DNA of 63,847 nt, filler included, from Hyphochytrium catenoides (GCA_900088475.1; 6 parts of 6 records of this genome joined end to end with filler, not necessarily neighbours in it); one strand, 5' to 3'; positions 48,370 to 60,858 are shown, counted from the whole stretch's first letter. Notes: generated by a model from the sequence alone, not told the origin. Made by a program: numbers and translations.

Positions 48370-50462
48370 TCAGACAGTCTTTAGAAGCACCACAATAAGA
48401 AGGATCTGTGCCGCTAGTACAAGGAGGAAACGGATGTTCTTTAACAGCCACGAGCCCAGGCCATCAAAGAGGCGCATGATCCTGGAGGTAAAAGAAACCT
48501 TAGTCAGCTGCGTATTGGTGGATCAAAGAGAGAAACTGGACAAGATAGCTTTTAGGTGAGACGAAGACACGCAGAGTAGAAGCAATACAGAAATTGGACG
48601 GCGAAAGAAGAGCTGAAAGAAAGTTGGAAAGAGCGTAATAAGAATCACTCACTCATAGTCAAAGGTGCAAGCCTTGAACCTCCCGGCCGGGTCCCCACAA
48701 TTTTCTATGAGGTTGCAGATGATCCCTTCCATCATGTGGCAACTATTCTGGATGGACAGGTGAGCAGTGTCACAGGTTATCCTGCACAGCCAGCGGAGGA
48801 CGGTGAGATAAGGAACAGCAAAGTGGCTTATGGTGGACACCTACGTAATGTAAAGACAAACCAGAGCCAGCAATGACGAGGACATCCTTGCCTCTCAATC
48901 ATAGACGGAAGGAGGATGAAAGGCTATCTCAAGAGCGACTTTGAGAAAAATAGGACGTAGACAAAGTGGAGCAGAGTCAACGGGGTAGGCTGTGAACGAA
49001 CTCAATCTCCGAGACAGTCCACCGCAGAGTGAGGGAGAGGACACGGCCAAAGCACACAACATAGGAAGTTCAAGGAGACAGTATATTCATCAGAAAGCAC
49101 AGGAAGTTTCGGGCCTAAGATGCGGAGGCAGGCTAGATGGATAAGGACTTTGAAACGAAGACTCTGAGTAGTCAGAGATCAGGGAGAGTCGACCTTTGTA
49201 TGAGTCCGGATTGTGACCCGATCATTGGCACTATGTCATAGTCCGGCACGATGTTGATGGATTCAAAGTGTCGAGTGCCGCCACGAGAAGCCTCACTAAG
49301 CCTGAGATCCTTAGAGATGTGGGAGAACTTACGCAGACTCTGACTGACTCCTGTAACATGGAAGAAGAAAGGGAGCGTTATAAACTTGCTTGATCTACAC
49401 AGGACCCTTATTTGCGCCTCACTCTTACGCATGCCATACATAACGAGCCTTCACTCCTAATAAGGCCAGGACACGAAGGTCGATGAGTGTAGAGGAGAAC
49501 AGGCGCATTTTGACTACCCTTCTCGCTCCATATTTCTTTTCTTTCTTTCTTTTTCAACTTTGTCTTCTTGCTATCTATTGGTGCTCCCTTTCGCATTTGC
49601 CAGAGACGGGCTTTGCAACTCGAAGGACCTAAGCAGCTATGATCCCTAAGCAACCAGCTCTCTCCCCACGTTCATCTTGCTACACTGTGAGGTTTTCTTT
49701 ACCTGGGGCGGAGAATAGCACCGCGGGAAGCCCTTCCGTTGCCCCGACAATCCTGTTGGTTACATCAGGAGTGAAGATGTCAGAGAGAGCGGCGGCATGG
49801 CAGAAGCACTGAAGGAGCAAGGATCTTAGACGGACGTCAACCGGCGAACGCACGGTAGGGATTCTTACCTGGCAACTAATCCTGCCAAAGAGTGTCCAGT
49901 GATCACCACTTGCCTATCCTTGATTGTTCGGACATACTCTACGACCTATAAAGAGACATATGTCAAAGAGAAGCGGCAAGGAAGGGCCCAAGCAACAACC
50001 ACAACGACGTAACATGAGATCGTCTCATGCAATAATTGAGATGATTTGGTGTACATAAAAAAACTGTGAGAGAGTCGATTGCAGAGAAAGCGCTATCCAG
50101 ACAGTGGAGGCACGCACATTAAGAAGTGAGACAGCACTTTACCTGGCTATGATACCAGTTTTCCTGCCCGAGTCCGAACATCTCTAGCGTTTCATGAAAG
50201 AACTCTATCATCACGGCCAAGGTTTCGTCCGGCCAGATCCGGATGGTAGGGAAGACAGTGGACAAGATTGTGAAAATGACAGGCTCTGCGAGGAATAGTA
50301 GGCTATTAGTAAGCAGTAAGGGAAGCATAGCATGTCAAGACAGGAGGATGAAGTTAAGAACTAACCTATACAGAGCTTCACGTCCTCAATAAAGTCGCCA
50401 GTTCGGCCAACGTCTGTCCCTCGAATAGCGATAACGGACAGATTCTTTGAGGGTATGAACGC
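48370..50462 (-). CDS. Class 3 lipase (Lipase_3/Atg15-like) with C-terminal TM, 5' partial, 7 exons
   Basis: Motifs SVIAIRGTD...DFIEDVKL, VVITGHSLAGLVAR (nucleophile Ser), AVLFSAPG, NIVPDYDIVPMI (Asp) and SCHMMEGIICNLIENCGDP (His). The last exon encodes FLLVLAAQILLIVVLLKTV*. Confidence 0.85.
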
Positions 50463-50562
50463 NNNNNNNNNNNNNNNNNNNNNNNNNNNNNNNNNNNNNN
50501 NNNNNNTTAATTAATTAANNNNNNNNNNNNNNNNNNNNNNNNNNNNNNNNNNNNNNNNNNNN
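50463..50562. other. Artificial contig spacer
   Basis: 44 N + TTAATTAATTAA + 44 N. Confidence 0.97.
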
Positions 50563-50949
50563 GAGAGAGAGAGAGAGAGAACAAAGTGAGAGAGAACAAA
50601 GTGAGAGAGAATGAAAGAGAAAATTAGAGAGGAGAAAGGGGAAACAAAACACAATGACATTTAAGGAAAAGAGGCGTAACACAGACGAAGAACGGTAAAA
50701 AAGTAAACAGCAATTTCAGATCTCTCTCTCTCTCTCCTTCTCTTTCTCTCTCACTCTTCACCCCTTCTCTCTCTCTCTCTGTCTCTTCCTCTCTCTTTTG
50801 TGTCTCTCTTTCCCGCTTCTCCTCTTCCTCTCGACTGACCTCTGGGGACGACTCCATAGCCAGGTCGGGGCTGGTGATGATGGGAGGAGGAGGAGACATT
50901 CTCTTCCGAGGAGATGTCTCTCCAGTCTGGCAGTTAGCCTTCTCTTTCA

Positions 50950-51011
<62 letters not shown>

Positions 51012-51390
51012 GCTGCTGCCCCTCCCTAAGTCATGGGAGGACTAAGCTCCGTCAGGTCTGAAAGGGAGAGAGAAGACAGGAGAAAGAGAAGATTAAGAAG
51101 AAGGGAGTTCCTCTCTTGCCCTTCTTGCTTTCGTCAGCACCTTGCATCTTCCTTCTTTTGCTGTCTTCCTCTGTCCTTTCCTGTCTTTCTGACAGACATT
51201 CTTCGCTAGGGGCTCTCTTTCTCCATCTCTCTCTCTCTCCTTTTCTCTCTGTCTCTCTCTCTCTTCTACAATCCGCCCCTCTCTCTTCCGTACAGTCTCA
51301 GGCTGTCTTCAATCTTCTCCAGCGGTCTCCCCGCTGCCGTGCTGCATCATTCTTTTCTTCCCTTCCTCATTTCTTTCGAGCTCCCTCTTT

Positions 51391-51463
<73 letters not shown>

Positions 51464-51498
51464 CCTCTTCATCTTGGCTATGTTCTGACGGGAAGCAG

Positions 51499-51852
51499 CG
51501 CCTCTTTCTTTCGTTGGTGAGCACGCTGACTCTCTCTCCCACACGTAAACTCTAGAACCTCTTCCCTCTCTCTCTGTCTCTCTCTCTCTCTCGTCTTCTG
51601 CTCTGCTTTCTCTTCCGCCCTCCACTTTGAAATTCTCTTATGAGACATGAAATACTTTTTTCTCGTTCTATTTGACTCTGCCTTGTGCTGTCTTTCTCGT
51701 CCATCTTTGTCTTTTTTCACCTCTCTCTCGTCTCACCACTCTCTCTCTCTCTTGTCACCACTCTCTCTCTCTCACTCTCTTTCTCTGTCTCTGTCTCTCT
51801 TTCTCTGTCTCTTTCTCTCTCTTTCTCTTTCTCTATTGTTCTCTCTCTCTAT

Positions 51853-51891
<39 letters not shown>

Positions 51892-52083
51892 TCTNNNNNN
51901 NCTCTCTCCTTCCCTTGGTCTGCTCTACAGTACAATCAAGGGATTGTTCTGCGGCCGTTTTATAGAGCCGGTAACTGGAAGATGATCCGTCACAGTAACT
52001 CGGCGGCCTTTGATGTGATTATCGATTATGTGATTCGGCACCTCATGCAGAGGAAAGAGTCGGCGGAAGATCTTCATAAATAA
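51499..52083 (+). CDS. 3' end of an unidentified gene: 18-nt micro-exon (51499-51516) + terminal exon (51931-52083)
   Basis: CTGAC..CAG|CGCCTCTTTCTTTCGTTG|GTGAG encodes RLFLSL. After a CT-rich intron, CAG| gives YNQGIVLRPFYRAGNWKMIRHSNSAAFDVIIDYVIRHLMQRKESAEDLHK*. Both are complex-sequence islands within microsatellite DNA. Confidence 0.5.
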
Positions 52084-52109
52084 AGAGAGAGAGAGAGAGA
52101 GAGAAAGCC

Positions 52110-52154
<45 letters not shown>

Positions 52155-52258
52155 ATGAGAAAGTGAGAGAGAGAGAGATGAGAAAAAGAGAGCAAGAAAG
52201 GGAGAGAGAGAGAGAGAGAGAGAGANNNNNNNNNNNNNNNNNNNNNNNNNNNNNNNNN

Positions 52259-52295
<37 letters not shown>

Positions 52296-52479
52296 GAGAG
52301 AAAGAAGAGAGAAAAAGAAGAGAGGTCATTGATGAAAGGGAAACAAACGCCAATCCCGGAACGAGTAACTTCAAAGGGAGAACGGCACCTTCTGGAGTTA
52401 GAAAAGAGAGACAAGAAGAGAAAAAGAGAAAGACATCACCGAGGCTCAGTCATTCACTTGGATAAGCTTCCAAAAGAAA

Positions 52480-52532
<53 letters not shown>

Positions 52533-53382
52533 TAGCAACTCTGCACAGGCTCTGTCTGAAGGAACACTGAAACATAGCCAGCCACGGCTTCTGGAAGAAA
52601 GAGAGAACGAGAGAAGAGAGTCGTCAAGCCCAAGGGAGAAACGAGAGAGCGACAGACAACCCAGAAAGTACCATCACGTCAGAGCGAGAGAGAGAGAGGA
52701 ACTACCAACAGGTATGAAACGAAGACAACTCTCTCCGATCATAATTGCTGCTTCTCTGTCATCGCTGTCTCTCTCTCTGTCTCTCTCTCTCTTTTTCTGT
52801 CACTCTCTCTCTCTTTCTCTCTCTCTTTTTCTCTTTCTGTTTTGCACTCTTTCTCACCAATCTCTTCCTCCTTTATAGGGCAGGCAAAAGCCATTGTCTC
52901 ACAGCGGAGAGATCTAAGGCGGTGGTCAAGTCTTTCTCTTCACGTTCTTCTCTTATTCTCTCTCTTTGTGTCTCCCTTTCTCTCTCTCTCTTCCTCTGTC
53001 TCTCTCATTCTTCTTTCTCTTTACGGCGGCAGGACGTGGACAGCGCACAACATGTCCTGAGGGCTATTGCCCTGCCTCCACGCTGAACTTAGGAATATAC
53101 AGGTGACAGTGAGGAAGAGAGAAAGGAAAGAGAGAGAGAGAAGAACGAAAGAAAGAAAGCAACAATGCACTCCCTGCATCCGCTTGAAGTCAGAAAGGCA
53201 AGGCTGCACACACGCAGTGAGAGAAAATGAAGAAGAGGGAACAAGAGCAAGCTAGAGAGAGAGAGAGACAGAGAGAGAGAGAGAGAAAAGAGAGAGAGAG
53301 AGAGAGAGAGAGAGCAGGAAAGAGAGAAATTGAATATACTGCTTCCTTCAGGCAGCGGCTCCAGTAGATTATATTAGGAAAA

Positions 53383-53457
53383 ATGGGAGCAGAGGCGTCG
53401 AAAGCGCTGGCGGAGGGGACCACGCCTGAGGCTCTCAAGCACGGAGAGTCAGGTGTG

Positions 53458-53507
<50 letters not shown>

Positions 53508-53671
53508 CTCTCTCCCTTCTGTGTAGTTCTTTCTTTTCTACCTGACCTGTCGCGACTGTCTCTTGTCTCCTGGAGGATTGATTTTCATATCTCTTTCTCC
53601 TCACTACGGACTTTATAGTCTGAACGTTGGCGTCTCTTTCTCCCTTGCATGCGGTCCTCTCTCTCTCTAAC

Positions 53672-53702
<31 letters not shown>

Positions 53703-53741
53703 CTTTCTCTCTCTTTCTCTCTCTTTCTCTCCTCTCTCTCG

Positions 53742-53775
<34 letters not shown>

Positions 53776-54020
53776 GACTTCTCTCGCTGTCGTGCTTCTC
53801 TTTCTCTCATCCTCCCTCCTCTCCTCTCCTCTCTCTCTCTGTCTCGCTTCGCACGCCCCTTCCTCTCTTATTTTTCCCTCTTCTGTCCCTCTGTCTCGGT
53901 GTCTCTCTCTTTCTCCCTCTCGCTCTCTTTCTCTCCTCTCTCTCTCTGTCTCTCTCTGTCTCTTCCTCCTCTCTCCCTCTCTCTCTCTTTCTCTTCTCTT
54001 TCTCTCTTCTCTCTCTCTCA

Positions 54021-54081
<61 letters not shown>

Positions 54082-54539
54082 CAGTGGACGAGATGGCGGA
54101 GATGCTCCGCGCCAATCTTGAGCGGCTGCTGGCGTACGCTCAATCCGCAGACACTGCTCTCCAGAGAGAAATAGCAGAGAAATTAGCGAATGAGGCAGTC
54201 AAACGTAAGGGAGAGAGAATGAGAGAAAGGGAAAGAGGAGAGAGAGGGAGAAAGAGAGAGAGAGAGAGAGAGAGAGAAAGAAATAGGGGAGAGAGAGAGA
54301 AAGAAATAGGGAGGGAGAGAGAGAGAGAGAGAGAGAGAGAAATAGGGGGAGAGAGAGAGAGAAAGAAATAGGGAGAGAGAGAGAGAGAGAGAAAATGGAG
54401 AGAGTAAGGGTGTGAGAGTGCAAGCGCGAATATATTAAAGAGTTGGAGGTCCCAAGCGCGAGAGAAAAGAGAGAGAGAGAGAGAAGAGAGAGAACGGGTA
54501 GGGAGTGGAAGAGATAAGGGGAGAGACAGACAGAGAGAC

Positions 54540-54577
<38 letters not shown>

Positions 54578-54728
54578 CTAAGAAAGAGGAATTGGAAGAA
54601 GGGAATGGGCCAAGGAGAAGATAGCAGAGAGCGATCGAGGGCAAGGAGAGAGAGTGAGTGACGGACGGGAGAGAAGCCACAAGAGTAACCGCAGGTTTCT
54701 GACTGTTTCACGCAATCTCTCTCTCTCT

Positions 54729-54759
<31 letters not shown>

Positions 54760-55105
54760 CGTTTCTCAGCTGATCGTCAAGTCCAGATCGTGGAGTTGGA
54801 AGGGTTGAAGCTTCTCCTTCCTCTCACCAAATCTTCCGATACGGAAGTCCAACGACTTGCGGCTCACGCCCTAGCAAACCTCTCCGTCAATTGTCAGTGT
54901 CTGTCTCTCTCTCTCTTTTTCTCTTTCTCTTTTCCTCTCTTTTTGTCTCTTTCTCTCTCTCTTTTTGTCTCTCTCTCTCTCTTTCTCTCTCTCTCTTTCT
55001 CCCTCTCTCTTTCTCTCACTCTCTTTCTCTCACTCTCTTTCTCTCACTCTCTTTCTCTCTCTCTCTCTCTATCTCTTTCTCTCTCTCTCCCTCTCTCTCT
55101 CCCTT

Positions 55106-55137
<32 letters not shown>

Positions 55138-55654
55138 ATATTTGTATCATGAGGTTTCGCTTTCATTCCTCTTTTCTCTCTTCAGCTTCCTATGTGTCTC
55201 TGTTTCTTCTTGCTCAGTCATTTTGGATTACCTCTTTCTTGTCCGCGTTGGTTCTTTTTCTCTATCTGTCCCTCTTTCCCTTATGCTCTCTCGTCCTTCT
55301 CTCTCTCTCTTTCTCTCTCGTCCTTCTCTCTCTCGCTCTCTCGTCCTTCTCTCTCTCTNNNNNNNNNNNNNNNNNNNNNNNNNNNNNNNNNNNNNNNNNN
55401 NACGGAGCGAACGAGCATGTACAGAGACAAGCAGCCAAAGCCTTAGCTAACCTAGGAGTCAATGGTACTTCACCCTCTCCCTTCTCTCTCTTTCTCTTCT
55501 CTCTCTCTCTTCCTCTCTCCTCGCTCTCTCTCTCTCTCTCTTCCTCTTTGGCTAACTGTTTCTTCCTAACATGGTCTGTCTTCTAACTCTTCTTCTGCTA
55601 TGGATTTCTCGTCAATCTCACTCTTCCCCTCGGGTGCTGACTTTCTCTGCAACT

Positions 55655-55719
<65 letters not shown>

Positions 55720-56025
55720 TTGTCTATCTCCCTTTCCTTCCTTCTTTCTGCTCTGTTCCTTCTCTCTCTTCCCTTCTTACTCTCTCTCTCTCGTTTTCTC
55801 TCTCTTCCTTCTCTCTCTTTTTCTCTCTCTCTCTATATATATCTCCTCTCGCTCTCCTCTTCTCTCTCTCGCTCTCTCTCTCTCTCTCCAGTGGATAACA
55901 AGGCAAAGATTGCGGAGGCCGGGGGAATCGGTCCTCTCATCGCTCTCGCGGGATCCTCAAACCTCGGAGTCGCCGTCGAAGCCGTCGCCGCTCTAGCCAA
56001 CCTCGCAGTCAATGGTAATAGCATC

Positions 56026-56072
<47 letters not shown>

Positions 56073-56193
56073 AAAGAGACAGAGAGAACAACCGAGGAAT
56101 CTGAGAAATAAGAAGAAAGAGAGACCTAGAGGAGACAAAACAGGGGAGCAGACGGAGCAGAAATGAGAGAGGAAGCGTAAGGCAAAACGAAGA

Positions 56194-56273
<80 letters not shown>

Positions 56274-56409
56274 TAGAGAGAGAGAGATAGAGAGAGCAAC
56301 GAAGGGGCAAAATAGGGAGGTAGGAAAATGGAAGTGGCGAAAGCTGACAGGGGAAAAAGTCACCGCGTTGTTGGCCGGTTGAGACCGTCAGCCTTCTCAT
56401 CCGATCTCA

Positions 56410-56441
<32 letters not shown>

Positions 56442-57075
56442 NNNNNNNNNNNNNNNNNNNNNNNNNNNNNNNNNNNNNNNNNNNNNNNNNNTCTGGAGCA
56501 TATTCTGAATGGAGCAAACTCCACCTCCATAGAATTGCAGTCACAGTCCGCGAGGGCCCTGCGGAATCTGTCTGTTAACGGTGAGAGAGAGGGAGAGACT
56601 GAAAAAGAGAGAGAGAGAGAAAAAGAGAGAGAGAGAGAAAAAGAGAGAGAGAGAAATATATGGAGGGAGAGGAAAGGAGAATGAGAGAGAGACGAATAGA
56701 GGAGGGAGAAGAAAGAGAGACACAAATGCCCCATTTTTCTCAATTGCTTTTCCTCTCTTTGGCACATCCATACCGCCCTCCTGATGCGCTCTTGGCGCTA
56801 ATCCTTTCTCTCCTTTTCTTTCTCTCTTTCTCTCTCTCTCTCTTTTTCTCTCTCTTTCTCTCTTTTCTCTCTCTCTCTCTCTTTAGCTGAGAACAAGAAG
56901 CTTATCATTGAGATGGGCGGTCTAGCAATTCTGCAGAAGCTCACTCGCTCTCCAAATGACAGAATCTGTCAACAGGTTCGTCTCTCTCGCCTTTCTTTTC
57001 CAACCTCTTTGTCCNNNNNNNNNNNNNNNNNNNNNNNNNNNNNNNNNNNNNNNNNNNNNNNNNNNNNNNNNNNNN

Positions 57076-57108
<33 letters not shown>

Positions 57109-57215
57109 GTCTCTCTCTCTCTCGCTTTTGCCTTTGTGGCATCCGTCCTCTCATATTCTAATCCCTCTTCCAGGCATCTCGCGCTCTCATGAACCTTGGC
57201 GTCAACGTTGACTAG
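53383..57215 (+). CDS. Armadillo-repeat protein (Vac8-like) with N-myristoylation motif, 8 exons, two partly in N gaps
   Basis: Exon 1 reads MGAEASKALAEG. ARM repeats end in ...EVQRLAAHALANLSVN, HVQRQAAKALANLGVN, AVEAVAALANLAVN, LQSQSARALRNLSVN and ICQQASRALMNLGVN. The segment IAEAGGIGPLIAL is also ARM-typical. Confidence 0.88.
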
Positions 57216-57686
57216 GAAAGAGAAAGAAAGAACGGGAACAAGAGAGACAGAGAAAAAGAGAGAGAGAGAGAAAGAGAGAGGGAGAGGGAAAGAGATCCCG
57301 AGGGACAAGAACTAAGAGGGGAAATCGGAGGAAAGAGAATATAAAGAGAAGAATAGTGCAACTATCTCTGGTGCTCCATAAAGAACCAAGTGCGATTAAG
57401 AGAGTCTCTTCTTCTCTTTCTTTCTCTCTCTTTCTTTTTTGCCTCTTTTTCATTTCGTTTTGTGCATTTTCTCTCTCTCTCTCTCTCTCTCTTCATACTT
57501 CTTCCCGTCGCCTCTTTCTCTCTCTCTCTCTTACGTGTCTCTCTTTTTCTTCACTAGTCTCTCTCTCCTCTCCTCCCTTCTTTCTCTCTCTTTCTCCCTC
57601 ACTCTTGTTGCAGACCTCAGGCTAGACAAAGAAGTAGAAAGGTAGCAAGAGGGATTACAAAGAAAGAGAGCGAGAGAGAGAGACGG

Positions 57687-57735
<49 letters not shown>

Positions 57736-57833
57736 CAAGGCGAGAGAAGAGCGGAAGAGAAGGAGAAGATGCGTTGACCTCATGATAACGCTTACATTAC
57801 TAGTATATTTCCCACTCTATGGCAAGTCCAATT

Positions 57834-57885
<52 letters not shown>

Positions 57886-57898
57886 ACACTCTCTTCCT

Positions 57899-58147
57899 CT
57901 AGTCCGTAGACGGCGCGTGGTAAGGCGTGTGGGCTTCTATCACATAATTATTCCCACAGTGGGGACACAGCTCGTCTGACTCGTCAAAGAGACTGGAGGA
58001 AAAAGAAAGAGAGAGAGAAACAAGGGGGAGAGAGAGAGAAAGAGAAAGAGTAGGTAGACGTTAGGAGGAAGGCAAACACATAAGAGATAACAGGGAGAGA
58101 GAGAGAGAGAGGTAAAGCGTAGTTAAAGAAGCGAAGGGCACAAAAGG

Positions 58148-58196
<49 letters not shown>

Positions 58197-58469
58197 AAAG
58201 AGTGTGACATGCGAAGAGATGAAAGAAATACAGCGAAGAGAGCAATTCAGAAGAAAGAGAGAGAGTGATAGACGAAAACGATACTAACGATAGAAGAGAG
58301 AGGAGAGACAGTTCCGATGAAGGTAAAGAGAAAGCAAGAAAGAAAGAAAGAAAGAGAGAGGTGAAGGGGATGCGAGAGCAATAGAAAGGAAGGAAACGAG
58401 AGCGATTCCTTGAGGAATGATAAAAAATGAGTAAACGAAAGATAGAAAGAACGAAAGAAAAAAGAGAAC

Positions 58470-58519
<50 letters not shown>

Positions 58520-59600
58520 GTGTAGCTCTGACCTCATATCCTTCTGGAAAGCCTTCTTACACTGTTTACACTGGAAGGCGAGGAGCGTGGCGAGGTCCAG
58601 GGGATGGTCTGAGGCCTCCGCGTGACAGGCATGACAGTCAAACCAGCGCTTGCAACAGGGAGCTTGGAAGGAGACCTAGAGAGAGAGAGAGAGAGAGAGA
58701 GAGATTGGGGGAGAGAGAGGGAGAGAGAGAGANNNNNNNNNNNNNNNNNNNNNNNNNNNNNNNNNNNNNNNNNNNNNNNGGGGGAGAGGGAGAGAGAGAG
58801 AGAGAGAGAGAGATTGGGGGAGAGTGAGAGAGAGAGAGTGAGAGAGAATGAAAGAGAGAGAGAGGATGAGAGAGAGAATGTGAGAGAGAAACAAAGAGAG
58901 AGAAAGAGAGAGAGAGAGAAAGAGAGAGAGAGAAAGAGAGAGAGGGGGGAAGAGGAGGAAAAGGAGAAAAGACATGGGGATAGAAAAAGAGAGGTTGGAC
59001 AGAAGATGATGATGGAGAAGAGAGACAAAGAAAGAAAGAGGGAGAGTCAGGAGGGAGAGACAGTGGAGGAGATAGAGAGAGACAGTGGAGGAGACAGAGA
59101 GAGACAGCGAGATTGAAAGAGAGGAGAGACAGGGGAGAGAGAGAAATGAAATGCGAGGTGAGAGAGAGAGCACAAAGAGAAGAGAAAAAAGGGAGAAGAG
59201 AAACAAGGAATGAGAGAAGAAAGAGAGATAATATAGGAGGACAGAAGTGCGGCAAAGAAATACCCCGAGAGAGAGAGAGAGAAGAGAGAGAGAATTTCTT
59301 TTATCTAGAGAGAGAGGGAAGAGAGAGAGATGAAGGAAGAGAGAAGAGAAGACTCGAAGACGAGACGAGGAGGATGAGATAGAGAGAGTGTGATATGGGG
59401 AGAGAGCCTAGTCCAGAAAGACGGAGAGAGAGAAAGAGAAAGCGTAGTGCAAGAGAGGCGGAGAGAGAGAAAGAACATAAAGCACGAGAAGAGAGAAGAA
59501 AGACACAGAGAAAAATGAGAGGAAAGAGACAAAAAGAAAGAGAGAGAAAGAGAGAGAGAGAGCGGGGTAGTACCTGCGCATTGAGAACGTGTTGGCACAT
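57899..59600 (-). CDS. CHY zinc-finger protein (87 aa), 3 exons (59600-59574, 58675-58533, 57992-57899)
   Basis: Spliced translation MCQHVLNAQ|VSFQAPCCKRWFDCHACHAEASDHPLDLATLLAFQCKQCKKAFQKDMS|LFDESDELCPHCGNNYVIEAHTPYHAPSTD*. It has the full CHY Cys/His pattern and consistent intron phases, and it is absent from the ORF track. Confidence 0.92.
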
Positions 59601-59658
59601 TTGCCCTTCAGATGCTTTTGCTGGACAGGCAAGAGAGAGAAGCACCTTTCCGACTTTT

Positions 59659-59699
<41 letters not shown>

Positions 59700-59700
59700 C

Positions 59701-59925
59701 CTTGCGTGTGCACGGGCTTTGCTGACTGACTTCTCTCTTCTCTATCTCCAGCGCTGTCTTCCGCTATCCGGCACCCCGTGGTGCCTCCTTCTCTCTCTCT
59801 CTCTTCTGTCTCTCTCTCTCTCTCTTGCGTGCACACCGTCTTTGCTGACTGATTCCTCTCTTCTCTATCTCCAATTTCCAGCGCTACCTCCCACTGTCCG
59901 GCATCCCGTGGTGCCTTCTTCTCTC
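59701..59925 (+). repeat. Two imperfect ~120-bp direct repeats upstream of the CHY gene
   Basis: CTTGCGTG..CTTTGCTGACTGA..CTCTCTTCTCTATCTCCA..GCGCT..TCCGGCA.CCCGTGGTGCCT at 59701 and 59824. Confidence 0.85.
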
Positions 59926-59947
59926 TTTCTCTCTCTCTTCCTGTCCG

Positions 59948-59979
<32 letters not shown>

Positions 59980-60271
59980 CTTTGTCTCCTCTCTCTCTCT
60001 CGTTCGCCACTGCTTCTCTCTTCCTCTGTTGGCTGATTATTCTCTCTTCCAAGCCAATCTGGCTCTCCGTTCTGCGACGAAGGAAGAGGTGAAAATGAAT
60101 GTCAAAGCAGCCGCCAGAGAGAGGATGACGGGGGAGAGAGAGAGAGAGANNNNNNNNNNNNNNNNNNNNNNNNNNNNNNNNNNNNNNNNNNNNNNNNNNN
60201 NNNNNNNNNNNNNNNNNNNNCCCTTCCCCCCCCCCACCGTCTCTCTCCCTCTCTCTCGCTTTTTCTCGATC

Positions 60272-60309
<38 letters not shown>

Positions 60310-60858
60310 GCTCTCTCCTCTCTGTCTCTGTCTCCTCTCTCGATCTCACATGCGATCACTTCTCCCCCAACTAGAAGATATTCTAACAACAGCAGCATCT
60401 GTTCATTATCATAAGCAATACTTCAGTTCCGTGACTTCACTTAAAAGAGAGTCAGGCAGCAGGAGAAATTGATGATGGACTCTTTCTCTCTCTCTCTCTC
60501 TCTTTCTTTCTTCTCTCTCTCTTTCTCTTTCGGTCCCTTCTCTCTCTCTGTTATATGTGTTCCTTCTTCCTCTGACAGCCCGCCGGACTATCGCTCTCCT
60601 CTAGAGTAGACCACGGATGGTTGTGAATCTCTCTCTCTCCTTTACCTGCCGCTATGTTTTCAGTGAATAACCCTTCTCTCTCTCTCTGAGATTGAAGACA
60701 CTTTGTTGCGCTTGCTCTCCCGCCCGAAGAAGTCTTTCTCTACCTCTGGAGGAGGACGACCGAGAAGAGAGAAGAGAGAATAAGAAAAAAAGCAGCGAAG
60801 AGAGTCAAGCAACAGGAGTGTAGTAGAAGAGAGGATCGGAAGAAGAGGAAAGAGAGAG

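Noticed and set aside
15192-50518. TTAATTAATTAA as a biological palindrome, PacI-like site or piggyBac TTAA target
   Set aside because: It is always centred in exactly 44+44 N, which marks it as an assembly spacer.
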